64,000 nucleotides of DNA from Octopus vulgaris (taxonomy: Eukaryota), in the NCBI GenBank assembly GCA_951406725.2, contig OX597827.1, positions 68,200,001-68,264,000 of the forward strand. Reading direction: 5' to 3'. This document shows positions 11,394-25,870 of the stretch, in pieces (within the stretch, counting starts at the first letter, position 1; the number at the start of each line of letters is the position of its first letter). Position numbers and translations under genes: made by a program. The notes beneath the pieces were generated by a model. That model saw only the letters and a program-made list of their open reading frames with translations. It was not told the origin of the DNA and ran no database searches.

Positions 11394-11882
11394 CAGTAAT
11401 TCCTCGACTATCGCGGGTGTTACGTTCCAAAACCCTCCGCGATAGGTGAAAATCTGCGAAGTAGAAACAATACTGTTCTGTATATATATCTTATTTTTAT
11501 AATTTGTATATATTTATTTTATTATAAATGCAAAACACCACCACACACTCTCCACCCGAGCCCCGTTTTCCACACAGTATGTGCAATTCTTTGTTTACTC
11601 ATCTACGGTACACTACGTATTGTCTTTTAATATATTTTAATTAATGTGTTATACAGTGCAGTACGGCACTCTATTTTTATTTATTTATTAATTTTTAGAC
11701 ACGAAAAGGCTTATTTTACTACAGAAATAATTAAAATCTACAAAAAAATATAAATACCTACCGGCCGCAGAAACCCGCGATATACTGAGGAGTCAGCGAT
11801 ATAAATTTACATATATTAGCCAGACAAATCTGCGATGTACTGAGTGCATGATAGGTGAACCCCGATATGGCGAGGGTTATTG
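11394..11882. mobile_element. Tc1/mariner (Tigger/pogo-like) non-autonomous element
   Basis: TA|cagtaattcctcgactatcgcgg ... ccccgatatggcgagggttattg|TA: imperfect TIRs with TA target duplication and internal ccgcga-type subterminal motifs. Confidence 0.7.
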
Positions 11883-13138
11883 TATACAAACTAAACTTCG
11901 TGTTTAAGGATACAAAGTTTAAGTAGTAAAATCGGACGAAACTATTAACAGCCTTTACACGCACACGTCAAATCACTAAAGACCTCGGGGACTTAGGTTC
12001 GCTCTGACTTTGAGATGTACATGAATGACATAGGGGTGGGCGTATTAAAAGTAGTTCTTTGAGTTAATTTTGATATTTCTAAAAGAAGCGTGTTGAGATA
12101 ATTAACCAACTGAACTAAGTTCGATATCAATCACCTGCTGGAATTATTTCTTTTATGATGCTGTTACATTATGTTAAAAACTAAAACAACTGACAATCAG
12201 GTCTTTCTATTTCTCTACCCATAGTTGTCAGGTGTTTATATAATGTTATGAATAACAAGTCAAGTGTTGTGAAATGTTAGACACATGACCTAAATGCATT
12301 AGTGACATATCACTATTTCTCTTCCCGTTCTCAATTCAAGTCCGAGGTAGAATTTGTCTTCCAAGTTTTTATTTTTCGCGAAGGATTCGTGATCAATAGA
12401 AATTGTTGATAAGCATTGGAAATGAAGAAATGGCGAATAGATACCGAAAATAAAAATTTAGAAACGGATAAACTCCTCAGCTTTGAGCAAACGAATAAAC
12501 TATACACTCTATATACTGAGTGGGTTTATTTTTTTTAGTAGTTTTACCAGCCAATCACACACACAAACACACACACATTGCCGTCCAAGAATTTGAACCT
12601 GGAGATCTCCATTTCCAGCGACTTCGAGGGCTACCTCCCAGTGGTGTCGGGCCCTCGACTACAAGACGACCAAAGTTTTTTTTCTTCTTCCAAGGTCTGG
12701 GGTCTCCCGCCCCTAAGCCCTAGGCCATCACTTAATCACCCTTACCCATCTTGTTGCTTAACAACAACAACACACGTTGGAAGCTGATAACTCGCACCAT
12801 CATTTTGCACTACTCAACTTCCTTGCTTCGTGCGATTTTTCAGTTGTCGTCTGAAAGACTGCATCGAGAGAGAAACTCAGATGGAATGACAGACCTGTTT
12901 CAAACATATAATTCTACATGTATTGATTCCTCTTTTTTCTTTGAAGCACGTAAGAATATATTTATACAGGTGAAGAAAGCGAGTCTTGGAAGTCACCGCC
13001 AATCTTCTGGTAAAAATTGAATGAATATGTTCTGTACAGAAAAGTCTTGAGTAATCATACAATTTAAACTTAAGTTCTTATTATGGATTTAGCAAGAAGG
13101 CGAACACACACGCATACATATATGTATTTGCCTACATG

Positions 13139-13180
<42 letters not shown>

Positions 13181-13357
13181 GCATACAGAGAAAGAGAAAG
13201 TAGAGAGATAGACAGGCAGAAATTCAAATGGATGGATAGATAGATAGATATAATATGGCGAGTGTGGGTTGAAATTTTATGAATTCCTCGACATCTAATA
13301 TGATGAGAAAAAAGAAAGTAATCTAAAATGAACACTACTCATGTATATATACATACA

Positions 13358-13398
<41 letters not shown>

Positions 13399-14438
13399 AA
13401 AGGGAGATGGGTTGGGGAGAGAATTGTGTGTGTAAACATTTCACACCAATGTAGAAGAATCGTTACTGATATCTAAGACATATGCCTATGTGTCTGTAGA
13501 TGAACGTCGACTATATTACCTTACAGCATTGGTAGCATGCAGTTCTGAGAACTGTCACTAATGTTAGACAAACCAGAAAACATGCATGCCATCAGCCGGA
13601 TTCCGCCTCCATAAAAATGTCTTGTTCTAGCATTAATTATCGCTGTTAGAGCCGAGCCGTGTATATTGTAAAAGAGAGCGAGAAATATGCAGGAGGATGG
13701 GTCGAAGAGCTTGCCAATTACAGGTAGACTACGGAGCAACGTTTTACGAGGGTGAAGTCGACGCAGAGAAGAGGTGGGGTGGAATGAATCGGTTGGGGGA
13801 GGGGGAGGGGGGTTGGTGAGACGGTATTCACTACGAAGAAAATGTAAGAAATTAAAATAAGAAGAATACGAACAAAATATAAACGTATTAAAATTAATAA
13901 GACTTGTTTGCCTCATATATAGATAGATAGATAGATAGATAGATGGATAGAATCCGTACACAGCTACAGTACAAAGGTGTTTATAGCGTTATTTATGCAC
14001 ACAGGTGCACACACATATGTATTGGGAAAGATAACACTTATTTACAATTTTCGCCATGGTGCCTTATCTAACTGGCATATGTATATATATATTTGAATCT
14101 ACGTGTTCAGTTCTGGATCAGTCAAAACATTTTTAATTGTGCATATAACCATATATGTTAAAACTTTACATTACGATGTGTGTGTGTGTGTGTGTATTTT
14201 CAATGTGTACAAATAACATGGAAAAAATAAATAAATAGTTACCAGGGTAGCAAAAATTCACATAAGTGCCAAGGATGTTACACCTTACTTATAAAGTTAG
14301 AAATTCCAGGGTTTGGTGAAATATTTTTGGTTAACATAGATAAATTAAGAAATGGAGTTAAATGCAGATGTTATTCAAATCTTTATACTACCGACATATG
14401 TTTCGAAGAAAACATTGATATTATTCCGGAGGGAATAA

Positions 14439-15370
14439 TCTATATATATATATAGATGAGAATGTGTGTCTGTTTGTCTGTCTGTGTGAATCCCTAAAAC
14501 TTCAGAACTACACAACCAATTTCATTCAAATTTAACACATGTCTTACTTAGGGTCTATGTAGTGTTATAGTGTTATATGTAGTGTTTAACTTCTTGCCTA
14601 GTGCGAGCCCAGAGCAATATCATATCTTCTCCACTATTTCAGTATTACGTGTCAAAAGTGAAACAAAGTATCTCTCTATTGTAATGTCAGATATTTTCAC
14701 TTTAATACAGAAAATATTAAAGTGAAACGATTATCTCACATATATACATACATACACATATACACCCATACACACACATACATTCACACACACACACACA
14801 CATATATACATGTACATATATGTACATATTCATATCTATTATATAACAGTCTGTCTTTATGTGTGTTCGTGTGTTACTTATGCATTCGAAAACTACTGCA
14901 CCGATCCTAATGAAATTTGGAACACAAGATCAAAGCCTAGGGAGAAGAGTAATGGTGTGCTTCATATAATTTCATGAGCCAAAATTACTGAATAGATCCT
15001 TATGATATTTGGAACTTAGATTCAATGCATAAGGGTGGGTATAATGCAATATGTTTGGTTTGAATTTGAGATGGCTTAAATGGGATAGAAAACCCCATGA
15101 AAATTCATAAAGTTCGATGTTGATGAAATTTCAACCACGGGTTATTGACACACATCAAGAAGTATTCTCAAAGTTTCCACTTCTCATGAGGATTCTAAAA
15201 CTCTCACGGTGGGGGGGCTTAATTCCCAAATTTTAGTCCTTTTTTATGATCCAAAACTAAGTCAAAAGTACTGGATGGATCTTTATGAAATTTCATGCAA
15301 AACTTGTTGCAGAAGCCATTGTTAAAACAACAGACCTTTTCTTTAAAAAAAAAATCTACAGAACTTGTTT
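14439..15370 (+). mobile_element. Two Helitron-like non-autonomous 5' fragments
   Basis: Starts a|TCtatatata...gtgtgtctgtttgtctgtc at 14439 and a|TCtattatata at ~14835, with repeated atgaaattt units; same style as the complete element at 52206; no 3' CTAG hairpin end recognised. Confidence 0.45.
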
Positions 15371-15699
15371 GTTAATTGACTTTTCATGACCGTCACCTGC
15401 GTAAATTATGTAAGTAACCTCAGGTTAGAAGAGTTCATCGTTTGTACTTATCAAACTTCGATAAACTTCGATAAATACATTGTATGGTCCTCCAATCACT
15501 ACAATCGAGTACGAAAATATAAACACTCTAAAAACTGTATTTCCTGTTTGCTCCACCAAACGTGTATGTATGTGTTATTTTTTACTGTTTTCGGCCTGAG
15601 ATGTAGTTATACTGGGGCAACGCCATTAGTGTAATTGCTAGTTATTTCAACACATTTCCCCGGCCCACTTCAGGTTTTGCTTTGGGGTAGCAGTGAGTT

Positions 15700-16030
15700 G
15701 GACAAAGGTACTCGTATCAGGGTTTTTTGCTGTGGTTTGGGTTTATCTGGTCTCTCCTTTATAAATTTGTCTAAACGTTCTTTGAACTGATCCACGTCTA
15801 CGTTTCGTAAATCTCTGAAGTTTTTGGCAATTTCTTGAAATGCTGTGTGCCTTTGAATCCTAGGCTATTACAGTGATGTGACTATATACTAGAAACTAGA
15901 TGGAAAGAGTTAGATCATTGGTGTTATGATGTAACTTAGAGATTGGAGGTTCGCATAGCTTTCAATCACAAAGTTAGGTGCTAGACCCTGCAGAATCTTC
16001 CATCAATATCGCTGCATATCTTTCGCGCCT
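15700..16030 (-). mobile_element. Degenerate LINE ORF2 C-terminal fragment (CR1/L2 group)
   Basis: Minus-strand frameshifted translation RERYAAI/WKILQGLAPNFVIESY...CNSLGFKGTQHFKKLPK/FRDLRNVDVDQFKERLDKFIKERPDKP resembles the non-LTR ORF2 C-terminus. Confidence 0.7.
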
Positions 16031-16048
16031 TCTCTGTCTGTCTCTCCC

Positions 16049-16096
<48 letters not shown>

Positions 16097-16397
16097 AGTA
16101 ACTGATATATGTATAGAATATGATACTAATCATATAATGAGGTCTATATATATCTGACACACCGCTTCCCATTGTCGACCTTGCGGATATGTAATTAAGT
16201 ATTATAACTACAGCTTTTGTTGGTCGTACTCACCTTTAGTGATTCAGCTAGTTTTTTTTTCTCTTTGGTGCGGATGGTAGTTGTGGTTTTGGTGGTGGTG
16301 ATATTTTGAAAATATTTGGAATAGTTTTAGAAATATTTGGATATATACAGCTCTCAAATTATAGGAAGTACCCAGCGAAGGATAACGGTATACCGTT

Positions 16398-16457
<60 letters not shown>

Positions 16458-16795
16458 GAGAGAAACCTGTAATGAAATCTGGTGCAGTAACTAGACTATT
16501 TATGAAATTGTTTATGTATTAGGTTTTGTAAGGGAGAAAATTGCTTAGAATACACACATACACACAGTGAGCAGAGAAAACAAGCTATTGAAACGAACAT
16601 AATGAAATTTTTCGAAATATCACTAACTGGTTTTTTGGTTTAGTTCAAATTTACGTAACTCTTCATATCAAGTTATTGCCTAATTCTGTATTTTTGCCAT
16701 TTTATATTACATCGCTATGAGAGTTCAACACGGCTTCTATATCAAGCCCAAGACGTATGGTAATTTGTTATGCATTTTGGCACGTCTAACCATCA

Positions 16796-16831
<36 letters not shown>

Positions 16832-17044
16832 ATCTTCTTCGCCGCTGTTCTTGGGGGAGTTGCAGTTGGGAAAGAATTTTCAAACACCTCCTCTGTAGGA
16901 TCCATAAGAAACGAACGTTATTAGAGTTTCCGGCTGGATTCCCAAGCGTGACCAATTGAAAAGTATGGATATTATCCAGCTATCGCGACTAAAAGCTGTG
17001 CTCCAGCATGGCCGCTGTCAAACGAACGAAACAAATATAAAAAG

Positions 17045-17072
<28 letters not shown>

Positions 17073-17075
<3 letters not shown>

Positions 17076-17291
17076 GCCGAGGGATTAAAATTAATCAAAG
17101 GACATACTAAGTATGTCTACCTGCTAGAAATAACAGGTCAAAACTCTTATTAAATCGCCAAAAATAATACACTGATGAAAACTACAGAAATCAAACGAAG
17201 GCAAATCAGGTGTAATAAGAGTTTTGACTGTTATTTCTAGCAGGTAGACATACTTAGTATGTCCTTTGATTAATTTTAATCCTTCGGCTAT
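17073..17291. repeat. Long inverted repeat (~80-bp arms, 60-bp spacer)
   Basis: 17073-17152 is the near-perfect reverse complement of 17213-17291 (one mismatch, one indel). Confidence 0.9.
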
Positions 17292-17410
17292 TTAATGCTA
17301 TTTTTTGGCCTGCTATCGCCTGTGTCATTGATTCTGTTATTATCATTTTTAAAATAGTTACATTGGATAATAGTAGAATTAATGACACCTTCGTAAATTA
17401 ATTTTTGGTG

Positions 17411-17476
<66 letters not shown>

Positions 17477-19178
17477 GAGTGACTGTATCTATTATCATGG
17501 GAATCGGAGTACTTTCCTATCGTCTTCTAAAAATGGAGGAAGTAAAAACCTCTTGTAAAACACTCCTACGTTACCATTGCACGCATTCGTGCCCCTCTGA
17601 CGTCGACAGTGGAGGCAATCCCGAAGAATGTTCTATTCTTGAGAAAGCTTCTCCTCTAGCTTCTGTCTGCCGCATCTGTGCGAACAAATTCTACCCGACC
17701 CATCTTTTGAACTCTTCAAACGCTGCAATGCACCCGTGTTTTATTTCCCGCCTACCTTTGGTCATGCATTCTTGTACTCACTTTTTTTAATGTTCACCAG
17801 GGTTTATATCTCACGAAGCTTTCTTACCACTCTTATACTATTCTCTCTCTGTCTATCTCTTCCTCTCTCAAATATCTACATGGTGAGGGATTTCCGTTGT
17901 CCGACGATCAGGATTCAGCTGTTCAATCAACTAGATTATTTGCTCTTGTGATAATCCACGTGTGAGTGGCTAAACATTGAACCATCAACGTAATTCGCGG
18001 GTTTACCCTAATGTTATTCACAGCCAGATTCAGCATGACGCTTTGTGTGAGAAAACAGTACTTACAGAAATTACACAGTCTGCTAAACTGAACGGGCTTC
18101 TATGCAGTTTCCCCTCTACCTAATTTCACTCACAAGATATGAACTGATCTGAGCCTATCGAAATATTTGCCCACAATGCTACGCATTGAGATCGAACCTG
18201 GAGCTTTGTGGTTACGAAGTATATTTCATAATCATTTAGCAATAAATGCACACACGCACTCTATCTCTCCCTCTCTCCTTCTTTCAGTCTCTCTTTTTCT
18301 CTCTTTCTCTCACATACACACACATACACACATATGAACTTGTGAATTAATTTCAGTTGCCGAAAACTGTACAGAAACCCGTTCATTAGCTGGACAGCAC
18401 ATATTCGAAGTTCCAGCTTTGTGAAATTGTACCTCGTCGATTATACTTGAGAATTATTTGAAGATTATATGTGTCTGAATTACTCCGTAAATATTGCAAT
18501 CTTATTCTATGAATAGCGCATCAATCAAGCATGATGAATGCATATTTCCTTCATCGGCTGCCAAACGGATATCATTATGATTTCGACACCCGGGCAATAT
18601 ATACATATACATATGTGTGTGTGTGTGTTTAGTTATAATAAAATCAATTTTAACATTTGCCTTAATGGTGACTCCATACTTTTGTAACGTAAAAATTTAT
18701 TATTCTTCAACAACAATAGTGACTTCGAAGTTTCTGTCAGCTAAGCCACCATCAGGCTCACACACACACGCATGCGCGCGCATACATATTTGTTTGTATA
18801 TATGTAGGTACAGGCAACTTTAACTTACGTCGTTTCGGATAATGTCATTTTCGACTTTACGTCGTATTTTTTAAAAGAAATTAGTGGGAAAAATAGACCC
18901 CAATTTCAGCAGATTTATCCGACTGTACGTTGGTTTCAGCAGCTATACTTAAAACATATAAATTATAAAACCTCCGAAAGTGGAAAATCATATAAAATAG
19001 ATGTGAAAATTAATACAAATCATTTATTAAACCGATTTAGGCTACAAAATTTTTCCAAAATATTTTTCGTGTCATGTCTATTGTCGAGTCAAATCGCATG
19101 TCTTTACAACTAATTACCGACGCAAGTTGAGTTATGCCTTTATGTGTGTGTATGTGTGTGAATATATGTATCATTCTT

Positions 19179-19429
<251 letters not shown>

Positions 19430-19465
19430 CTGTTTCAACACACGACTTCACATAAAAAATCTATG

Positions 19466-19520
<55 letters not shown>

Positions 19521-19538
19521 ATTATATTTTTTTTTTTA

Positions 19539-19643
<105 letters not shown>

Positions 19644-19721
19644 CAAATAAGAAAATGGAGGAGAACAATAGGTGGTTCATCAACTTTTGGACATTATATT
19701 ATGTTAACTTATTTATTTATT

Positions 19722-20005
19722 AAACTGATTATTATAATAACATGCATACATATAACATATTATTCTTTACATATAAGATATTAAATATAGTAATATATAA
19801 GGATATCCGTAATTATTATAAAAAACATGAATACAAATTGGTAAAATAACTTATATATATTAGCTGTAAGTTATTTTACCAATTTATATTCACGTTTTTT
19901 ATAATAATTACTGGTATTATATATTACTATATTTTGTATCGTATATCTTATATGTAAAGAATAATATGCTATATGTATGTATGTTGTATGTTATAATTAT
20001 CAGTT

Positions 20006-20006
<1 letters not shown>
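19722..20006. repeat. ~285-bp AT-rich imperfect palindrome
   Basis: Inner arms 19809-19853 and 19867-19911 (45 bp, 2 mismatches, 13-nt loop); pairing continues outwards through catattattctttacatataagatat to aaactgat/atcagttt. Confidence 0.85.
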
Positions 20007-20792
<786 letters not shown>

Positions 20793-20870
20793 AAACCAAA
20801 CACCTTGCAGTATTGCTTTTCAGTATTCCTGCATTGTAATATATAAAATCAGATGAGTGCACGTGATCTG

Positions 20871-20903
<33 letters not shown>

Positions 20904-21762
20904 CCAGAAACCGGAAAAAGAGAAAGGGTGAAAGTAAAGAAAATAAGGGAATGTAATGGACCACTGAAAGCGAAGGCGTGAGAAATGTAGCTAATGAAAT
21001 AAAAGAGATTGAGGATCCCACGTGTATATATACATATACATACACACATACACACATATATCTATATATATATATATACAACTGAAATAGATAGATACAA
21101 TTATCAGACGATACACTCTATTACATAACCAGATGGAAAGAACAGGCGATATATCACGCGACTAACAAACAAGAGGAGAAAAGACAATATTATTTTTGCC
21201 TGGTACTTATGCTTTTATGGTATGTCATGGTTGTAATTTCATTTTCATGTCAGATACGCTTTAAACAAACGTAAGAAAAATACCGAAAAAGAAAATGTAA
21301 ATAGTGTGGGCCCATTGTTTTCAGGGACAAAGTAGTGACCCGCTAAGTTTAGTTCTAACAGAAAAATCAACGTTATTCCATCAATATTCCCAGAAAAATC
21401 ACTTCAACAGAAGCAACTCAATGTCAGTCGAAGGAATTGATGCATAAAATGGTTTAGTATCATATTAGTAATAATAATTACGATTTGGTACATTAGCGCA
21501 AAGCTTCATATTTGTAGATGGTTGCTATTGCTGTTATTTAACCCTAAATCAGCATAGATTAAGCAGATATATGACAAAAGGTGTTCCGTTTTGGGGTTAA
21601 TGTTTTCAGAGTGTATATTTAGCAATATATTTGGATGTCTTTTTTTTTTTTTTTTTGCTAATGACCGCAGGGATTGATTGAAGAGCTCCTTTGTCTGTTG
21701 TATCCCGAATAAGACCCTGTGATTAATTTATGCAGGAAAAAGTTAACTATTATACAAGATTG

Positions 21763-22566
21763 GTTTGAATTCAGAAAATAGAGAGAAAATACAGCAAAGC
21801 ATTTAGCGTAGCGCTCAGTCATCTTGGCCACTGGACACCTTCAATAAAACATATATAGTTGTCGTCGTCGTCTTCGTCATCATTTGGCCGGGCGACTTGT
21901 CCAGACCAAAAGCTCACGCTGGTCTTTAACTAACTGAAATATCTCATCTGTTCACACAATAACTACAGATGGTAGCAATAGTTTACTAATTGAGCTAATT
22001 TATCGTGGCCGTTGACAGTTTGTTGACTGTTCATCCGATGGGCAGGGCACGTAGCTCGCATGTCAGACGATCGATTACCAAAAAGATTGCTCTTTGGCGA
22101 GCTGCAAAAGGGTAAGCGCTCACAAGGCGGTCAGAAGAAGCGCTTTAAGAACACACTGAAAGCCTTCAACATCGACCATAAAAGTAAATAAGTAAATACC
22201 GAAACCTTGGTTTTCGCTTTGAGCATCCCGAGGTTGAAGACTGAACCAGTACTTGATGCCGATGCCTATGTCTGTGTCACTGAAAGCATCTGTTTGAATT
22301 CAGAAAATAGAGAATAAATACAGCAAAGCATTTAACGTAGCGCTCAGCCATCTTTGCCACTGCACATCTTCAATAAAACATATATAGTTGTCGTTGTCGT
22401 TTTCGTCATTATTCGGCCGGGCGACTTGCCCAGACCAAAAGCTCACGTTGGTCTTTAACTAACCGAAATTTCTCATCTGTTCACACCATAACTACAGATG
22501 TTAACAATAGTTCGCTAATTGAGCTAATTGATCATGGCCGTTGACAGTTTGTTGACTGTTCATCCG
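21763..22566. repeat. ~275-bp direct repeat pair (21763-22037 and 22292-22566)
   Basis: Both copies run gtttgaattcagaaaatag...gttgactgttcatccg with scattered substitutions. Confidence 0.9.
22036..22180 (+). mobile_element. RTE-clade LINE ORF fragment
   Basis: Translates as [48 protein letters not shown], the characteristic RTE post-RT motif. Confidence 0.85.
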
Positions 22567-23036
22567 CTCATCAAAGATTCGTTGTTAAGGCAACACAAAA
22601 ATGTGTAATAAATAAAGAACTCCAACACATATCCCAAGAGTTATTGAAGTAAATTCTTTCACGGTCAATGAAACAAGTCCCACCAATCCAGAATGATGGA
22701 TTGGCGGAACTATAAGACTAGGCAGTTTACGGTATTTATTTGTTCTGATTCTTGCACTCTTGAGTGCAAATCTTTCCATAACATGTTGGATGGTAGCCTT
22801 GATCCATCATCTGCTTTTATCACCATCATATAGAACCTTCAGCATCTTCAGTAGAGTCCTCTCTATTGCAAGCATTCAGCCATTCAGATCAGGTCTCCAG
22901 TTCCAACACACCTTTTCCCTTCTTCCCACCGATCATGAAGACCCTAAAAAGGGTCATAGGTATTTCCTACACTTTTGGTTAAAAACCAAAAACAAAAGGA
23001 AAAGAAACAATAAATATTTTAAATATTTTGATTATT

Positions 23037-23108
<72 letters not shown>

Positions 23109-23351
23109 GATGGTAAAAAACAAAAGGAACGTCTTTAGAAACTTTTATCTTCCCTAATTATGAATGTTATCTATCTGATAATAAAACTGAAGAAGCTCGC
23201 ACAGGAAAATAAAATAAAATATAAATAAAAAAACAAGCACGTGCACATACACACATCTAAATGTATACACACACGGACTTTTATTTTTTTCTGAATATAT
23301 GTTTGTTATGCCTCGTTTTTTCTCTCTCCCTCATACACACACACACATATA

Positions 23352-23392
<41 letters not shown>

Positions 23393-23644
23393 GTGTGGGT
23401 GGGCGGGTAGGTGGGTGGTTGTAAGCGTGTTAAATTAAATTGGAGGATCACTCAACTACTTTCTTTTTTTAGTAGAGTCTCGTGTTAATTTCTGCAACGA
23501 AATTCTTGAGAATTGTCTAGAAATTGCGGTTAACCATCCATCATCAAATTGTGATCGTTTGGTTTTGAAGACACACACACACACACAGCCGGAAATCTAC
23601 ACACACACACACACAAAGCCTGAAATTTATACGCACACACACAA

Positions 23645-23688
<44 letters not shown>

Positions 23689-23757
23689 TTGTAAATTTGT
23701 AATGTAATTAAACCTCTGTAACCACAACTGAAAGAATTTTATAATTCACACACACGC

Positions 23758-23797
<40 letters not shown>

Positions 23798-23802
23798 ATA
23801 TG

Positions 23803-23833
<31 letters not shown>

Positions 23834-23852
23834 ATATATATATATATATGTA

Positions 23853-23885
<33 letters not shown>

Positions 23886-23910
23886 ATATATATATATGTA
23901 TGTATATATG

Positions 23911-23978
<68 letters not shown>

Positions 23979-24105
23979 GTATATAAGTACCTATATATAT
24001 ATATATATATATATACTTCACAAAGAAGCTCGGCATAGTAAAATGGTGGCATTAAACATTCTCCAAGTTGTCCTTCTGTGCTTGAATTTTCACGGAGTAG
24101 ATGCT

Positions 24106-24147
<42 letters not shown>

Positions 24148-24572
24148 ATATGATTGCATGCTGATATGTAGAGTGTTCATTTCACCTTGTAACGTGTCTG
24201 TAAGTTTGATATTTTATCTATGTAGCATAACATGACAGACAGACACATACAGAGTACTTCTCAGGATATTCGCTATGTTACGTCTCATGGATAGCTCAAT
24301 CAGACGATCATATTTCAAAATTTACACCAGCCTTTCTAGACATTTTTTGCTGGCATTTCTTGTGAATTCGGCTTATCTTTCAAATCGTTTACATCATTTA
24401 CCCCGTAATGAAGGAGTTGAAGCTTTTAAGTCTTCTCATCTATATAAGCTCATTTCTGACAAGTGATTACATGTATTGGAGTTTTTTTCAACAAATTTTA
24501 TTCAACAAAAACAGTAACAACATGTAGCCACTACACATTCTTTATTTTCCCTCCTTGTTTCTTTCTGTGTTC

Positions 24573-24608
24573 CTTTCTGTAGAAGAGCGTAGGCTCGAAA
24601 CGTTAAAG
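24573..24608 (+). ncRNA. Minimal type I hammerhead-ribozyme-like motif (variant core)
   Basis: cuuu CUGUAGA a GAGC-guag-GCUC GAAA CGU U aaag: stem I cuuu/aaag, stem II GAGC/GCUC, palindromic ACGU helix III; non-canonical U at core position 6 and an extra A. Confidence 0.4.
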
Positions 24609-25073
24609 ACGTTTTCACTTTCAGAGCGTTATGCTAATACATCTGTTCGTTGTCTACACCACCTGTCTTCATCTTTTGGTTCTTATTTTTTGAATTCTCC
24701 CCATATTCACCATCTACTTCAATTACTGCTTCCCATTTGCTTTGGAGACCGCCATTTAAAGATGTCTTTTGCGAAATATTGCTATAGTTTTTGTTGAATA
24801 AAATTTATTGAAAAAAAGCCGCAATAATTACGCACCAACCCAATATATTATCGTACTAGCTTAGTGTCATCATGGTTGCAAATTTTAATATATTCAAGAA
24901 ACTTATTTATATTTGAATTATATTTTTATATACGTTATTCATTCAGAGTAAATTATTTATTAAAGTGTATATATTTCTTTATTGGCATAGCGATACAACT
25001 ATGTGTGTGTGTTAATCAGTTTAATATTAAATTTTACAAAAACCCGCCAAATATCTGTCAGATTATTTATTTT

Positions 25074-25427
25074 TTACCTCTGCCTTAGAGCGAAGGCGGA
25101 GGTAATGTTTTCAGTCGCGTTTGTTTGTCCGTGGACAAGATATTTCAAGAACTGCTGGATGGATTCGGATTAAACTTTCAAGGATGTTTGGCCTCGTGAC
25201 TGGCACGAACTGATTAGATTTTGGTATCGATCCAGTACTGGACAAAGATTCTGGATTATTTTTCCTGTTTTATTTTTTACTTAATTTTTAGAGCTCTCGG
25301 GTTCATTTTTTTGTATTCTCGTTTGTGAGAGCAGACGACTTTATTTCAGATAGTCTCATTTTAAAAATCGTTGAGAAGACGTTGATGTTGCCTTGGTGGA
25401 GTTTTGCGCTCTCTACGTGCTCTTGTT
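25074..25427 (+). mobile_element. Helentron-associated non-autonomous element (DINE-1/HINE-like)
   Basis: 5' inverted pair ttacctctgcc...ggcggaggtaa, GTYY microsatellite gtttgtttgtccgt, 3' subterminal ggtggag plus stem-loop gcgctctctacgtgc, T-rich flanks. Confidence 0.65.
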
Positions 25428-25733
25428 ATTACTAATAATCTTCTAGTTTATGTAGAATTTTTCTGGTAGAATTTTTGTTGAAAAAACAACGATTGAATAA
25501 ATTCGAATTTATCAGCATGATGTAAAAATTAACCAACGTAATTCTAATTATAATCTTCAATTAAACTGCAGAAATATATAGTTGTACTTTTATAATTGAG
25601 TGAAAAACACAAAGGCATTTGCAGCTTGCTAATGTATATCACGCAAATAAATACTTGGCGTCAGTTATGATCTTATAATCGATTGTGAATTATTAGCAAC
25701 CAAATTCATTCTGACAATACAGTCTCTTGCGTG

Positions 25734-25737
<4 letters not shown>

Positions 25738-25831
<94 letters not shown>

Positions 25832-25832
25832 C

Positions 25833-25870
<38 letters not shown>
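25738..25870. repeat. (TATC)n tetranucleotide microsatellite
   Basis: Seen directly; also at 32053-32190. Confidence 0.95.

Noticed and set aside
22585-22970. Possible exon or LINE coding remnant (also 17479-17790 and 48600-48900)
   Set aside because: Frames are short or interrupted and I recognised no motif.
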